From the IMG/VR virus record IMGVR_UViG_3300002334_000064, positions 4,319 through 68,318 of that record: a stretch of DNA of 64,000 bases, one strand, 5' to 3'. Made by a program: the position numbers and the translations under genes. This document shows positions 57,101-64,000 of this stretch, piece by piece. This DNA is from a virus. The notes under the pieces were generated by a model, which was not told the origin of the DNA, searched no databases, and saw only the letters and a list, made by a program, of their open reading frames with translations. Each line of letters starts with the position of its first letter. The stretch's first letter is position 1.

Positions 57101-57388
57101 TGGATTCGTGGTTACAAAAACATGTTGATTGATCCCAACTTCAACAACGAGACGAGCGATTCAACAGAACATGAATCACATGCGATAACAGCGTCCGTAA
57201 GCGTGGTATATCTTGAAGATGGGTACGTGTTTGAGATCAGCGGCGTAAGTACTTACAAAAAAGTAACCGACGCGGATAGCCCTTACGCCATCGATCAGAG
57301 AACACACACGCAGGAGCACACTTCAACATATAATGCAACGGTTACGGTAACCGCTATGACAACCAATCCGAATTTTGTTGCGAGTTAA
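54167..57388 (+). CDS. Large tail tip/hub protein with poly-glycine linker
   Basis: 1073 aa; N-terminal LFVG..YVAADILEYL hub pattern; Gly run at about 56318-56383. Confidence 0.75.
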   Translation: MSTELNVDGIEVLELSWQMSRASKCRFTVTGRGGDDSGTGPQFAARDVVTFNVPRGGGEVCLFVGVVLPSRRIISATEDSIEYVAADILEYLGNNPIDVVNKRYNPIGSSPLLEYPSGDTVTFQYILETEFDSLIQDGTIGGFDYSESNSLEELILYDVQITGLTWLELIDELLTQVPSLGYWYEPDSADWASGSHKGGTIHFYDLSTVPTSPTADFVLPSTVDDTLVENILELDINLDISRAYDTVTINGFGNFYETSEQLNTAWTNLEAGNSRGLFAIYGTVVADEHVLRDNPDGVSRPQYYSSFGSWSTLPASIGTTARPWYPEAENSNAQRAFRRFSVNETVNISAFAGLPVGALYGGTQDQEVFDLKLRSTQEGSNSQLYRVSPAISIQGLFHRWYGGEIVGTIGDDDYLGSISNGVKIFVFSDGIFDDWGEFVPNTVLYENQLPNGPFAPLRDYGPPQSVSENFVWLSVALVNRTNYFFTSNVSGNTFYDDMVDQLIYMYWPIVGFEALGDWNDPQVWCNYTLKAPFYHSLSNGSLGYDKSLVLYDNRLLRYTDKDDNVIRDDHDLLVQLTQIIFDSVSRPRVFGTCSVDIESFETGDVYSDWLEEAMVTIGSAVRFRHWGGGTVGDNFLPETRIQSIRLEKIISEGSITVGFDNDTTFENIEKITDRLAFRSDQNLEIGLNTQFPAVDSPVVGDDCTDDGIINVITTDGDGGGGSGGGGGGGGGGGGGGGGGTDTGDEECPTIEWLLSFQQYIALSERCRELLFPDGGFIGPGGFYESETQEALASDCGVSLPDYEVVPFYDSYDMGIAVIAEYEVEHTLDSTGMVNEETPYFFTGGKSVTTTANISESKNVGHNSFCTRAVFPGPTAQSKAIGVNTGDYVGDSTADGVVAIRSSVTQYFDMNLNKFVIAVFIHFVDLGSTLHFQNLTMRIFGIVELDGTVNVADFATGVTGSVGFEPHPAEPSQREEVLSWIRGYKNMLIDPNFNNETSDSTEHESHAITASVSVVYLEDGYVFEISGVSTYKKVTDADSPYAIDQRTHTQEHTSTYNATVTVTAMTTNPNFVAS

Positions 57389-57391
57389 AAA

Positions 57392-58690
57392 ATGATTCAG
57401 AAAAATCCTAGAACTTCAGATGTTGACAAATGGAATAATTTGAGCGAAGACGAGCGGGTAGATATTTGTTTACCTATCTGGGAAGACCGTAATGAATGGG
57501 GATACAATATTGATAAACCCGCACACCATACAACGGTTGCGAAAAGAAGATCGTCGTGCGACTCTTGCAATCACCAGACAGATGTTGATGGCGGCAGTTA
57601 TTGCAATTTGATTGCGAGTCGTTCAGGAACGATTCAGTTTCTAGATGACGATCTTCTCAGAACACCAAAACTTGATTGCCCTGTGCGTGCAAAGGGGTTT
57701 TCAAACAACTTCAAAGATAACCCGTCTGTTTCACTCGTCATTGCTTGCTTGAATGAGGGAAGCGATCTAGAAGCAACGATTGCGACAGTACTAGCCGCCA
57801 ATACAAAGCCGGATGAAATCTTGCTCGTTGACGACGGGTCAGTTGAACCTTGTAATCATCGGGTTGCGCAAATGATCGCGTATGCAAACGTTGATTTTAA
57901 GTACATCCGGCATACGAAAAGAATGGGTTCGTCAGTATCCAAGAACGTAGGGTGTGCGAAGTCTTACGGCGACGTTGTGATTGTGGTTGATTCTCATATG
58001 CGGTTCCCGTTGAACTGGTTGGATATGATGTTGGCCGACTTGAGAGAAAACCCTACATCGATAATTGCCGCTGCATCAATCCCGATGGATTCGATATCTA
58101 AATGCCGGGTGCTCGCGGGTACGGATTGGACGTACGATGACGACACCGCCAACTATAAACTCAGGTGGTCATTAAGCCACATCAGAGCGAACGCACCTTA
58201 CCGCCAGCCGGGTTTGATGGGTGCTTGCTATGGAATGACCAGAGATACGCTAGATTGGCTTGAGGGCTATGCTCCCGGCCTCACAGGGTACGGTATCGAA
58301 GAAGAGTGGTTATCTTACCGCGCTCATCTGCTCGGGATCGGCATACGGTTTAGTAGACAGTGCAAAGTAGAGCACAAATATAGTCGCACACCGAACCGAT
58401 TGGATTGTCAAGGCACACAACCGCCTATGTGGGAAATGTACTGGAACCGTCTGGTGCTCATGTGGGGCATAAGCGGTTTCCCGCCCGAACCAAACGCCGG
58501 TTACTTTGACAACATGCTTGATGCACTATCGACCAATGGGGACAAAACGATGAGCGACCAACTCATTAAATGCGTTGAAGAGAACTTCTTGAATATCCGA
58601 GAAATGATGTATCGGCTCAACGCCAAGGTCAATCGAATCGATCCAGAACGACGAAAACACATCAACAAAGAACAGTTTGAAGAGGTCTGA
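57392..58690 (+). CDS. GT2/GT-A glycosyltransferase (ppGalNAc-T-like motifs) with N-terminal Cys-rich domain
   Basis: VSLVIACLNEG, EILLVDDGS, VVDSHM (DxH), GYGIEEEWLSYR; N-terminal CDSC..C..CP. Confidence 0.85.
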   Translation: MIQKNPRTSDVDKWNNLSEDERVDICLPIWEDRNEWGYNIDKPAHHTTVAKRRSSCDSCNHQTDVDGGSYCNLIASRSGTIQFLDDDLLRTPKLDCPVRAKGFSNNFKDNPSVSLVIACLNEGSDLEATIATVLAANTKPDEILLVDDGSVEPCNHRVAQMIAYANVDFKYIRHTKRMGSSVSKNVGCAKSYGDVVIVVDSHMRFPLNWLDMMLADLRENPTSIIAAASIPMDSISKCRVLAGTDWTYDDDTANYKLRWSLSHIRANAPYRQPGLMGACYGMTRDTLDWLEGYAPGLTGYGIEEEWLSYRAHLLGIGIRFSRQCKVEHKYSRTPNRLDCQGTQPPMWEMYWNRLVLMWGISGFPPEPNAGYFDNMLDALSTNGDKTMSDQLIKCVEENFLNIREMMYRLNAKVNRIDPERRKHINKEQFEEV

Positions 58691-58696
58691 GAGCCT

Positions 58697-58719
58697 AAAA
58701 CCCCGCAAAGGGGTTTTTT
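58697..58719 (+). terminator. Rho-independent terminator ending the late operon
   Basis: AAAACCCC-GCAAA-GGGGTTTTTT. Confidence 0.8.
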
Positions 58720-58824
58720 ATTGGAAAAAATCACAAAAGGGTTCAGATTGACACGTATTTCTGACCGATGAAAGGGCAATATATAGTGTCTATGCCAGAG
58801 ATATAAAGTAAAGAAAGAACAACG

Positions 58825-59121
58825 ATGACAAAGCAAGCGGAAATAAAGATCGTGTCGAAACCAATCGATTGGAAAAAACGGGTCAAAGAAGCGAACGAAA
58901 TGTTTCGACGTTCTGACAATATCCGAAAAATGGCTATGGAGAAATTCCTATCCGCGTTCCCGGTAGGTTGCGACGTGACTTGGATGCACGGACCCTACCC
59001 GCAACGCGGACAAGTCTTGGAGCATATCGAATGTCACGGCGATTTATGGGTAAAAAACAGCAATACAGGAAAGACTGTAAAGGTTTCGGCGTACAACATG
59101 ACACAGTTTATTGAGCGATGA
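58825..59121 (+). CDS. Hypothetical protein
   Basis: FPVGCDVTW..WVKNSNTGK SH3-like pattern. Confidence 0.65.
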   Translation: MTKQAEIKIVSKPIDWKKRVKEANEMFRRSDNIRKMAMEKFLSAFPVGCDVTWMHGPYPQRGQVLEHIECHGDLWVKNSNTGKTVKVSAYNMTQFIER

Positions 59122-59351
59122 AAAATCCGATGAAAAACGTACTCACCAGCCCGGCCTTCTATATCATCATTTGTGCGTTCGTGTTTAGCGTTAGCGCTGC
59201 GTTTAAACTAGACGCGTGGGGAGCTACGATCGTCGTAAAGGTTTGGGTGCCAGTAATGACGTGGTTGATTATCGCTTCGATGGCGATGTTCGTAGATGCC
59301 GATACCAAAGCGACAATTGCGACTCGCAATTCAAAAGAACGGAGACGATAA
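59118..59351 (+). CDS. Small membrane protein
   Basis: Two TM segments; ATGA overlap. Confidence 0.6.
   Translation: MKNPMKNVLTSPAFYIIICAFVFSVSAAFKLDAWGATIVVKVWVPVMTWLIIASMAMFVDADTKATIATRNSKERRR
59315..59331. repeat. 17-bp palindrome copy (AATTGCGACTCGCAATT), inside a CDS 3' end
   Basis: Core ACT variant. Confidence 0.9.
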
Positions 59352-59354
59352 ATT

Positions 59355-60086
59355 ATGGCCTACACAAACACCAAAGTAATCGACGCGATCATCGTTGGCG
59401 CTGACAAGCACCGCGAGGCCGACGATTTTATCAAGGGCACATACGCGAAATTTGAAGAATACGGCTTCCGTGGTTGCGCGATCGGCTGCGCCATCCACGA
59501 CGCGAAGCAGGCGGGGCATCTGCCCGAGTCGTTAGAAGATGGTGACCACGCGGGCTTATCAGCCGCGACCGGCATACCAGAAACGCTGCTCCGTCTTGAG
59601 GATTCAATTTACGAAGGGTTGGCAACAAACACGTCATGGCCGGGAAGGTTCGCCCGCGCCGCACGGCATCGTGATCTAACGATGGCGTGGCCTCGATTCG
59701 CATTGTGGCTTCTATCGGATGAGACAAGCCCAATGTGGAAATCAGCGCAAGATTCAATTGTCAAACAAACGATTGATGGCGTGGTTTCGCTTTATAACGA
59801 GTGGATTGACACGGGAGAAATACCATCAGAAGATAAGTGGGTTGCTGCGAGGGATTCTACGGATGCTGTTGCTGATGTTGCGGATGCAGATGCAGCGTGG
59901 GCAGCTGCATCGGCTGCTGCGCGGGCTGCTGCGCGGAATGCGGGGGTTGCAGCGGGGATTGCTGCGCGGAATGCATCGGCTGCTACGCGGGTTGCTGCGG
60001 GGGTTGCGCGGGTTGCTGCGTGGGTCACAATGTCCGACAAGCTCATCGAGATCATGGAAACGTGCCCGGAAGGTGGTGAATCGTGA
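59355..60086 (+). CDS. Phage protein with Ala-rich low-complexity C-terminus
   Basis: GCAIGC, LEDSIYEGL, AAWAAASAAARAAA repeats. Confidence 0.75.
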   Translation: MAYTNTKVIDAIIVGADKHREADDFIKGTYAKFEEYGFRGCAIGCAIHDAKQAGHLPESLEDGDHAGLSAATGIPETLLRLEDSIYEGLATNTSWPGRFARAARHRDLTMAWPRFALWLLSDETSPMWKSAQDSIVKQTIDGVVSLYNEWIDTGEIPSEDKWVAARDSTDAVADVADADAAWAAASAAARAAARNAGVAAGIAARNASAATRVAAGVARVAAWVTMSDKLIEIMETCPEGGES

Positions 60087-60132
60087 GCGTCAATATCGCC
60101 GGATTGACGACCCCAACACCGAGAGGTAACAC

Positions 60133-60453
60133 ATGAAAGCGTTGAAACTTAGCCTAGGAGCCGATGATGAATCAGTTATTTTCTATTGCCCGGCGTGCAA
60201 AACCGCCCATCGTATCACCGTTGGTTCTGGAAAATGGATTTACAACGACGATAGCGAACAGCCGACGATTCACCCGAGCATTGACGCAAGATTGATGGTT
60301 GACCGCAAACAGGTAAGGTGTCATTCGTTCGTGGTCAACGGTCAGATTCGGTTCTGCAAAGATTCATCGCACACGATGGCAGGCCAAAGAATCATGCTCC
60401 CACACATCCCGCAAGACATTGCTGATTTCTGGAACGGGTGCGTAAAAGATTGA
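60133..60453 (+). CDS. DUF6527-like Cys/His protein
   Basis: FYCPACKTAH, W.YN....PT..PSI, CHSFV..GQIRFC.DS.H. Confidence 0.75.
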   Translation: MKALKLSLGADDESVIFYCPACKTAHRITVGSGKWIYNDDSEQPTIHPSIDARLMVDRKQVRCHSFVVNGQIRFCKDSSHTMAGQRIMLPHIPQDIADFWNGCVKD

Positions 60454-62204
60454 AACTCGCACTTGCTAAAAATTCAAAGATCACCCGTCAAGGTATCGTT
60501 CAATTAATACCGGATCGCGGGCGGCGTGATCTAAAAATCGTTGACCGGTTTCCTTGGCCGTACCAGATGGAAGACGGCAAGATTTACATTCACGTTTCGC
60601 TTGTTCCCGTGATGATGATGGCTAGTTGGTGGGGCGGGTTTCAAGACGACAGAGCGAAGCGGTACGTACACGCGTATATCCGTGACCTGAAATCAACGTA
60701 CTCCGCGCAGAAAACAAAGCGAAGGTCAAAGTACGATTGGTCGAAACATTTCCGCGATGACTGGATTTCGATACCCTACCAACTCGCGGGTATGGACTAC
60801 ATCTACGAACGAAACAAGCTTTGGGATGTGGGGCAACTGCTCGGCGATGACGTGGGACTCGGTAAGACGATTCAGGCGATCGGGTGTCTTGCTAGGTGGT
60901 TTGAAGAGGGTACGATTACGTTTGAACACCCGGTTATAATCTCTTGCACGTCCGCGCTTAAATCCCAATGGGCCGATGAGATTGCACGTTTCTGGAAACA
61001 TCCCAAAGGTATAATCGTTACACAGATCGACGGCGTAGCGAAAGAACGCAAGAAGCGGATTGAAATACCGTCACACATCTACATTCTGAACTGGGATATG
61101 TTCTCACGCGGCATGTATGACGAGATGCTTGAGACGTTCTATACCGACAGAACGCCGAGTGTGCTTCTCATGGATGAGACGCAGAAGATTACAAACCCAC
61201 ACGCACGATGCACGCAACGGGCGTTGAAACTCGCGTCTTGTTCTAAGTGTTCGATATCGTTCAATGCGACACCACTAGAAAATAGCTTGCAAGATTTGTG
61301 GTCGTTGTTTTTCTCATCCGATCCGAACATCATCGGTGGGTTCGAGAACTTCGCTAAACGATATCTTGTCTATGACGGATACGGGCGGGTGAGAAAAGCG
61401 ATAAACCTGCGAGAGTTGAAAAAGCGAATCGGTATCTTGTACATCCGGCGAACGCGTAACGAGATTGAGGCTGATTTGCCGGGTGTTATTCCGATGTTGC
61501 GACGGGTCGAAATGTCAGAGCACCAGACGAAGGCATACAGCCAAGCCGTGAACCAGTTCATCGCGTCAGGGGAAGGTGGAGCCGTTGGCTTAGGTCTTCT
61601 CGCTCGTGCGCAACGTGCGGCGTTCTGTGCGGACTTTGAGGACGGGTACAACCCGCACTCTGCGAAGATCGATGATTTAAAATCTCTTCTTGATGGCGAA
61701 CTATCAGGAGAGCGAATGGTGTTGTTCACGAGGTTCCGACAGATTGCGGTACGCGCGGCTGAACTGTTAGAGCAATACAAGCCGTTGATGATTCACGGGC
61801 AGATCACGCCAAAGGTTCGCAATCTGAATCGAAGACTATTCACGCAAGAAAACAATCATCAGATTCTCATTTGTACCGAAGCGGGTGACCGAGGGTTAAA
61901 TCTGCAATCTGCTGGTGTGGTTGTGAATCTCGATCTACCTTGGAACCCTTCTAAGTTGCGTCAACGGGTGGGCCGCATTGCGCGTCACGGTCAGACAAAG
62001 AAGAACGTTCTATGTGTGAACTACGTTGCGGGTCGCTGGAAATCGAACGACCACAAGACCATTGATGATTATTTTCTAAACATCATCCAACGAAAGCGGG
62101 TTGCGTTCAACGACATGTTTGGCGATGATGGCGTTGACGAGATCGGTGATACAAAATCAGACAAGATCGACGTATCGGCACTGAAAGATTTTTTGATAAA
62201 CTGA
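60438..62204 (+). CDS. SNF2-family helicase
   Basis: GDDVGLGKT, MDETQ, ATPLEN, RGLNLQSA, PWNP..QRVGRIAR.GQ. Confidence 0.93.
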   Translation: MRKRLKLALAKNSKITRQGIVQLIPDRGRRDLKIVDRFPWPYQMEDGKIYIHVSLVPVMMMASWWGGFQDDRAKRYVHAYIRDLKSTYSAQKTKRRSKYDWSKHFRDDWISIPYQLAGMDYIYERNKLWDVGQLLGDDVGLGKTIQAIGCLARWFEEGTITFEHPVIISCTSALKSQWADEIARFWKHPKGIIVTQIDGVAKERKKRIEIPSHIYILNWDMFSRGMYDEMLETFYTDRTPSVLLMDETQKITNPHARCTQRALKLASCSKCSISFNATPLENSLQDLWSLFFSSDPNIIGGFENFAKRYLVYDGYGRVRKAINLRELKKRIGILYIRRTRNEIEADLPGVIPMLRRVEMSEHQTKAYSQAVNQFIASGEGGAVGLGLLARAQRAAFCADFEDGYNPHSAKIDDLKSLLDGELSGERMVLFTRFRQIAVRAAELLEQYKPLMIHGQITPKVRNLNRRLFTQENNHQILICTEAGDRGLNLQSAGVVVNLDLPWNPSKLRQRVGRIARHGQTKKNVLCVNYVAGRWKSNDHKTIDDYFLNIIQRKRVAFNDMFGDDGVDEIGDTKSDKIDVSALKDFLIN

Positions 62205-62235
62205 TATTATTGTCACGGTAAACCGGTTCGTTCAA

Positions 62236-63123
62236 GTGGAATATATAGGTATGGAAACCAATATCAAAATACACGCTTTGAATCTTTGGGAGCGTGAGAA
62301 CTTCCGCCCGAACAAACGCGTTGCAGAAAACTTTGTTTATCGGTTAAACTCTCATTGTTTGAGAATTGGGAAAACCGATAAGGACGCGCTGAGTTACAAA
62401 GACAACCCGGATGACGGTTTACCGGTTGATACATTCACCGTTGAATTAATGTATGACGCATTCGATTTTTATATGTCTTCGTGCGGTAAAAATCTTGATT
62501 ACTCAACAGATCATTTGACACGCGGTGCTATTGCGAGGGGTGTTTCTACAATCGTTATGAGTACCCTTTCGCAACTTTCTGCTGCTAGAGGGTTTGCTAA
62601 GCCGTTTTTGGCTTTCTATACCGGTGATGTTCATGCCGAGAAATCGGAAACCGATGATTGTGACAGTTCATATATAATTGATTGCAAAATTCGTAAATCA
62701 GAATACAGTTTAGCGTTTCCTATTATTTCAATCGAAAGCACTCACATCGCACCGTTCGGATTTCTTTTTAAGTCCGCTTTTTACCGAGGTATGATTAAGA
62801 GAATATCTGAAGGTAAATATTACTGTTTCGGTGAAAACGATACGGCGGAACAGGCGACGTTCAAACTTATCACGGCAATTTCTAGCATGGACAATCGGAT
62901 GATTCCAATGTCTGTTGCAGATTGGCCGGTTCAGCACTGGGATGATTGGACATACAACGATTCAAATATGTCTTTTTCCCACGATCACAAGGCCGCGCAC
63001 AACAGAGAAGTAGTTAAGAACGTTGCACTCAGTAACGTTATTGAAATGTTCGGCGTGTTGAGGTTGCAGAGCCGACTTGTTGAAAGTCGATTAATGATGG
63101 ATGAGGTTGAAAGTCATGCATGA
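62236..63123 (+). CDS. Hypothetical protein
   Basis: 295-aa ORF, AT-richer than its neighbours. Confidence 0.6.
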   Translation: MEYIGMETNIKIHALNLWERENFRPNKRVAENFVYRLNSHCLRIGKTDKDALSYKDNPDDGLPVDTFTVELMYDAFDFYMSSCGKNLDYSTDHLTRGAIARGVSTIVMSTLSQLSAARGFAKPFLAFYTGDVHAEKSETDDCDSSYIIDCKIRKSEYSLAFPIISIESTHIAPFGFLFKSAFYRGMIKRISEGKYYCFGENDTAEQATFKLITAISSMDNRMIPMSVADWPVQHWDDWTYNDSNMSFSHDHKAAHNREVVKNVALSNVIEMFGVLRLQSRLVESRLMMDEVESHA

Positions 63124-64000
63124 AAATAATCCGTACCGTTCTTTAGCTCGGCGAGAATACCCAAAAGATTCAACGATTGTTCTCGTTGATTCTCAACACG
63201 CCGCATACCGTGCGTTCCATACGCGAGACCTGCGAACGCATGACGGTATCCCAACGTCTGTACTTCACGGTGTGCTTGAAATGCTAGGCGGCACGCTCGC
63301 ACTCGCAAACACGACGCGGTTTCTTCTTTGCTGGGACGGGCAACATGGTAACGATTACCGACGTGCCATCTACTCGCAATACAAGGCTCGACATTTCCGA
63401 GATAGGAATGACGAAGAACAAGCAAGTATGATTGCAACCAGCGAGGCAATTGATGTTGCAATTGAAGGACTTGGTTCGCTCGGTATGCCGCAACTGCAAT
63501 TTAACCGTATTGACGGTGATGATTTGCTCGGTGTGTGTGCGAACCGTCTAGCGAAGATTGACAGAATCAAACGGGTTCTGATTCTGTCGGATGATAAAGA
63601 TTATCTGCAATTAGTCACGAACAAGATTCATGTTTACCGTGCGGGTCAAGACGATTACGTGGACCCGGAAGTGTTCTTTGAGCAACACGGGTTCGAGCCT
63701 AGTTTGTATGTGGATTACAAAGCACTCGTTGGCGAAGGGAAGACGGGGGATAATATTCCCGGCGTTCAGGGTGTGGGCGATAAGACGGCTTGTACGTTGA
63801 TTCAGAAGTACGGCGGTATCGAGAACGTGATTAAAGCATGTGTTGCGAATAGCAAAGAGCCCGGTGCTCGGATGTTTGAGAAGAGAGTTGCACAGAGCCA
63901 ACAGGCGGCGCGTGATTCTTACAAACTCTCAAAGATATTCAGAAACGTGTTTGACATAACCAACAGTGAGGCTTTGATTGGTCCGAGATCGGAAGAGCAC
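63116..64000 (+). CDS. 5'-3' exonuclease / flap endonuclease (PolA N-terminal-like), 3'-truncated by window
   Basis: Translated by hand from the ATG at 63116: IVLVDSQHAAYRAFH, CWDG, YKAR, DGDDLLG, SDDKDYLQLV, DNIPGVQGVGDKTA; absent from the ORF track because it has no stop in the window. Confidence 0.9.
   Translation, partial: MHENNPYRSLARREYPKDSTIVLVDSQHAAYRAFHTRDLRTHDGIPTSVLHGVLEMLGGTLALANTTRFLLCWDGQHGNDYRRAIYSQYKARHFRDRNDEEQASMIATSEAIDVAIEGLGSLGMPQLQFNRIDGDDLLGVCANRLAKIDRIKRVLILSDDKDYLQLVTNKIHVYRAGQDDYVDPEVFFEQHGFEPSLYVDYKALVGEGKTGDNIPGVQGVGDKTACTLIQKYGGIENVIKACVANSKEPGARMFEKRVAQSQQAARDSYKLSKIFRNVFDITNSEALIGPRSEEH

Noticed and set aside
1555-59331. Palindromes as a CRISPR array, REP/IS ends or terminators
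   Set aside because: Copies are kilobases apart with no spacer structure, there are no cas or transposase genes, there are no U tracts, and several copies lie inside CDSs.
59840-60025. GCTGCG-rich repeats and overlapping Cys-rich or Arg/Leu-rich ORFs
   Set aside because: Explained by the Ala-rich low-complexity tail of the ORF at 59355; the alternative frames are by-products.
1-64000. tRNA genes, integrase/repressor, reverse transcriptase or diversity-generating retroelement
   Set aside because: No cloverleaf with T-loop consensus, no recombinase or RT motifs, and no adenine-variable repeat pair were recognised by eye. A tRNAscan/HMM run would be needed to exclude them fully.

Overview
This window is a 64-kb segment of a tailed dsDNA bacteriophage (Caudoviricetes, siphovirus-type: tape measure and tail tube, no sheath gene seen). 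Essentially every real gene is on the + strand. Gene order: recombination/repair (RuvC-like, RecA, split SbcC/SbcD), nucleotide metabolism (ThyX, NMP kinase, class II RNR), GroES, many small accessory genes including CsrA and three DNA methyltransferase-like genes, a PAS-domain/holin-like/lipoprotein block, a 1100-aa Asp-box protein, TerL-portal-head-tail morphogenesis with interleaved glycosyltransferase-like genes, then SNF2 helicase and a 5'-3' exonuclease running off the end. CsrA and a DUF1844-like protein hint at a Planctomycetota-type host (inference only). Three signals stand out. (1) 18 copies of a 17-bp palindrome AATTGCG-NNN-CGCAATT are spread roughly every 3.4 kb, including inside genes. 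(2) A candidate ~100-nt small RNA at 12.52-12.63 kb has two loops that are each antisense to one of the two conserved leader boxes (AATGGGT and AAACG..GGGAC) of a repeated promoter/leader family, and the phage also encodes CsrA. (3) A candidate virion-glycosylation gene set (GT29-like, Maf/DUF115-like, methyltransferase, GT2) sits in and around the structural operon. All product calls are from motif recognition by eye; no database searches were run.
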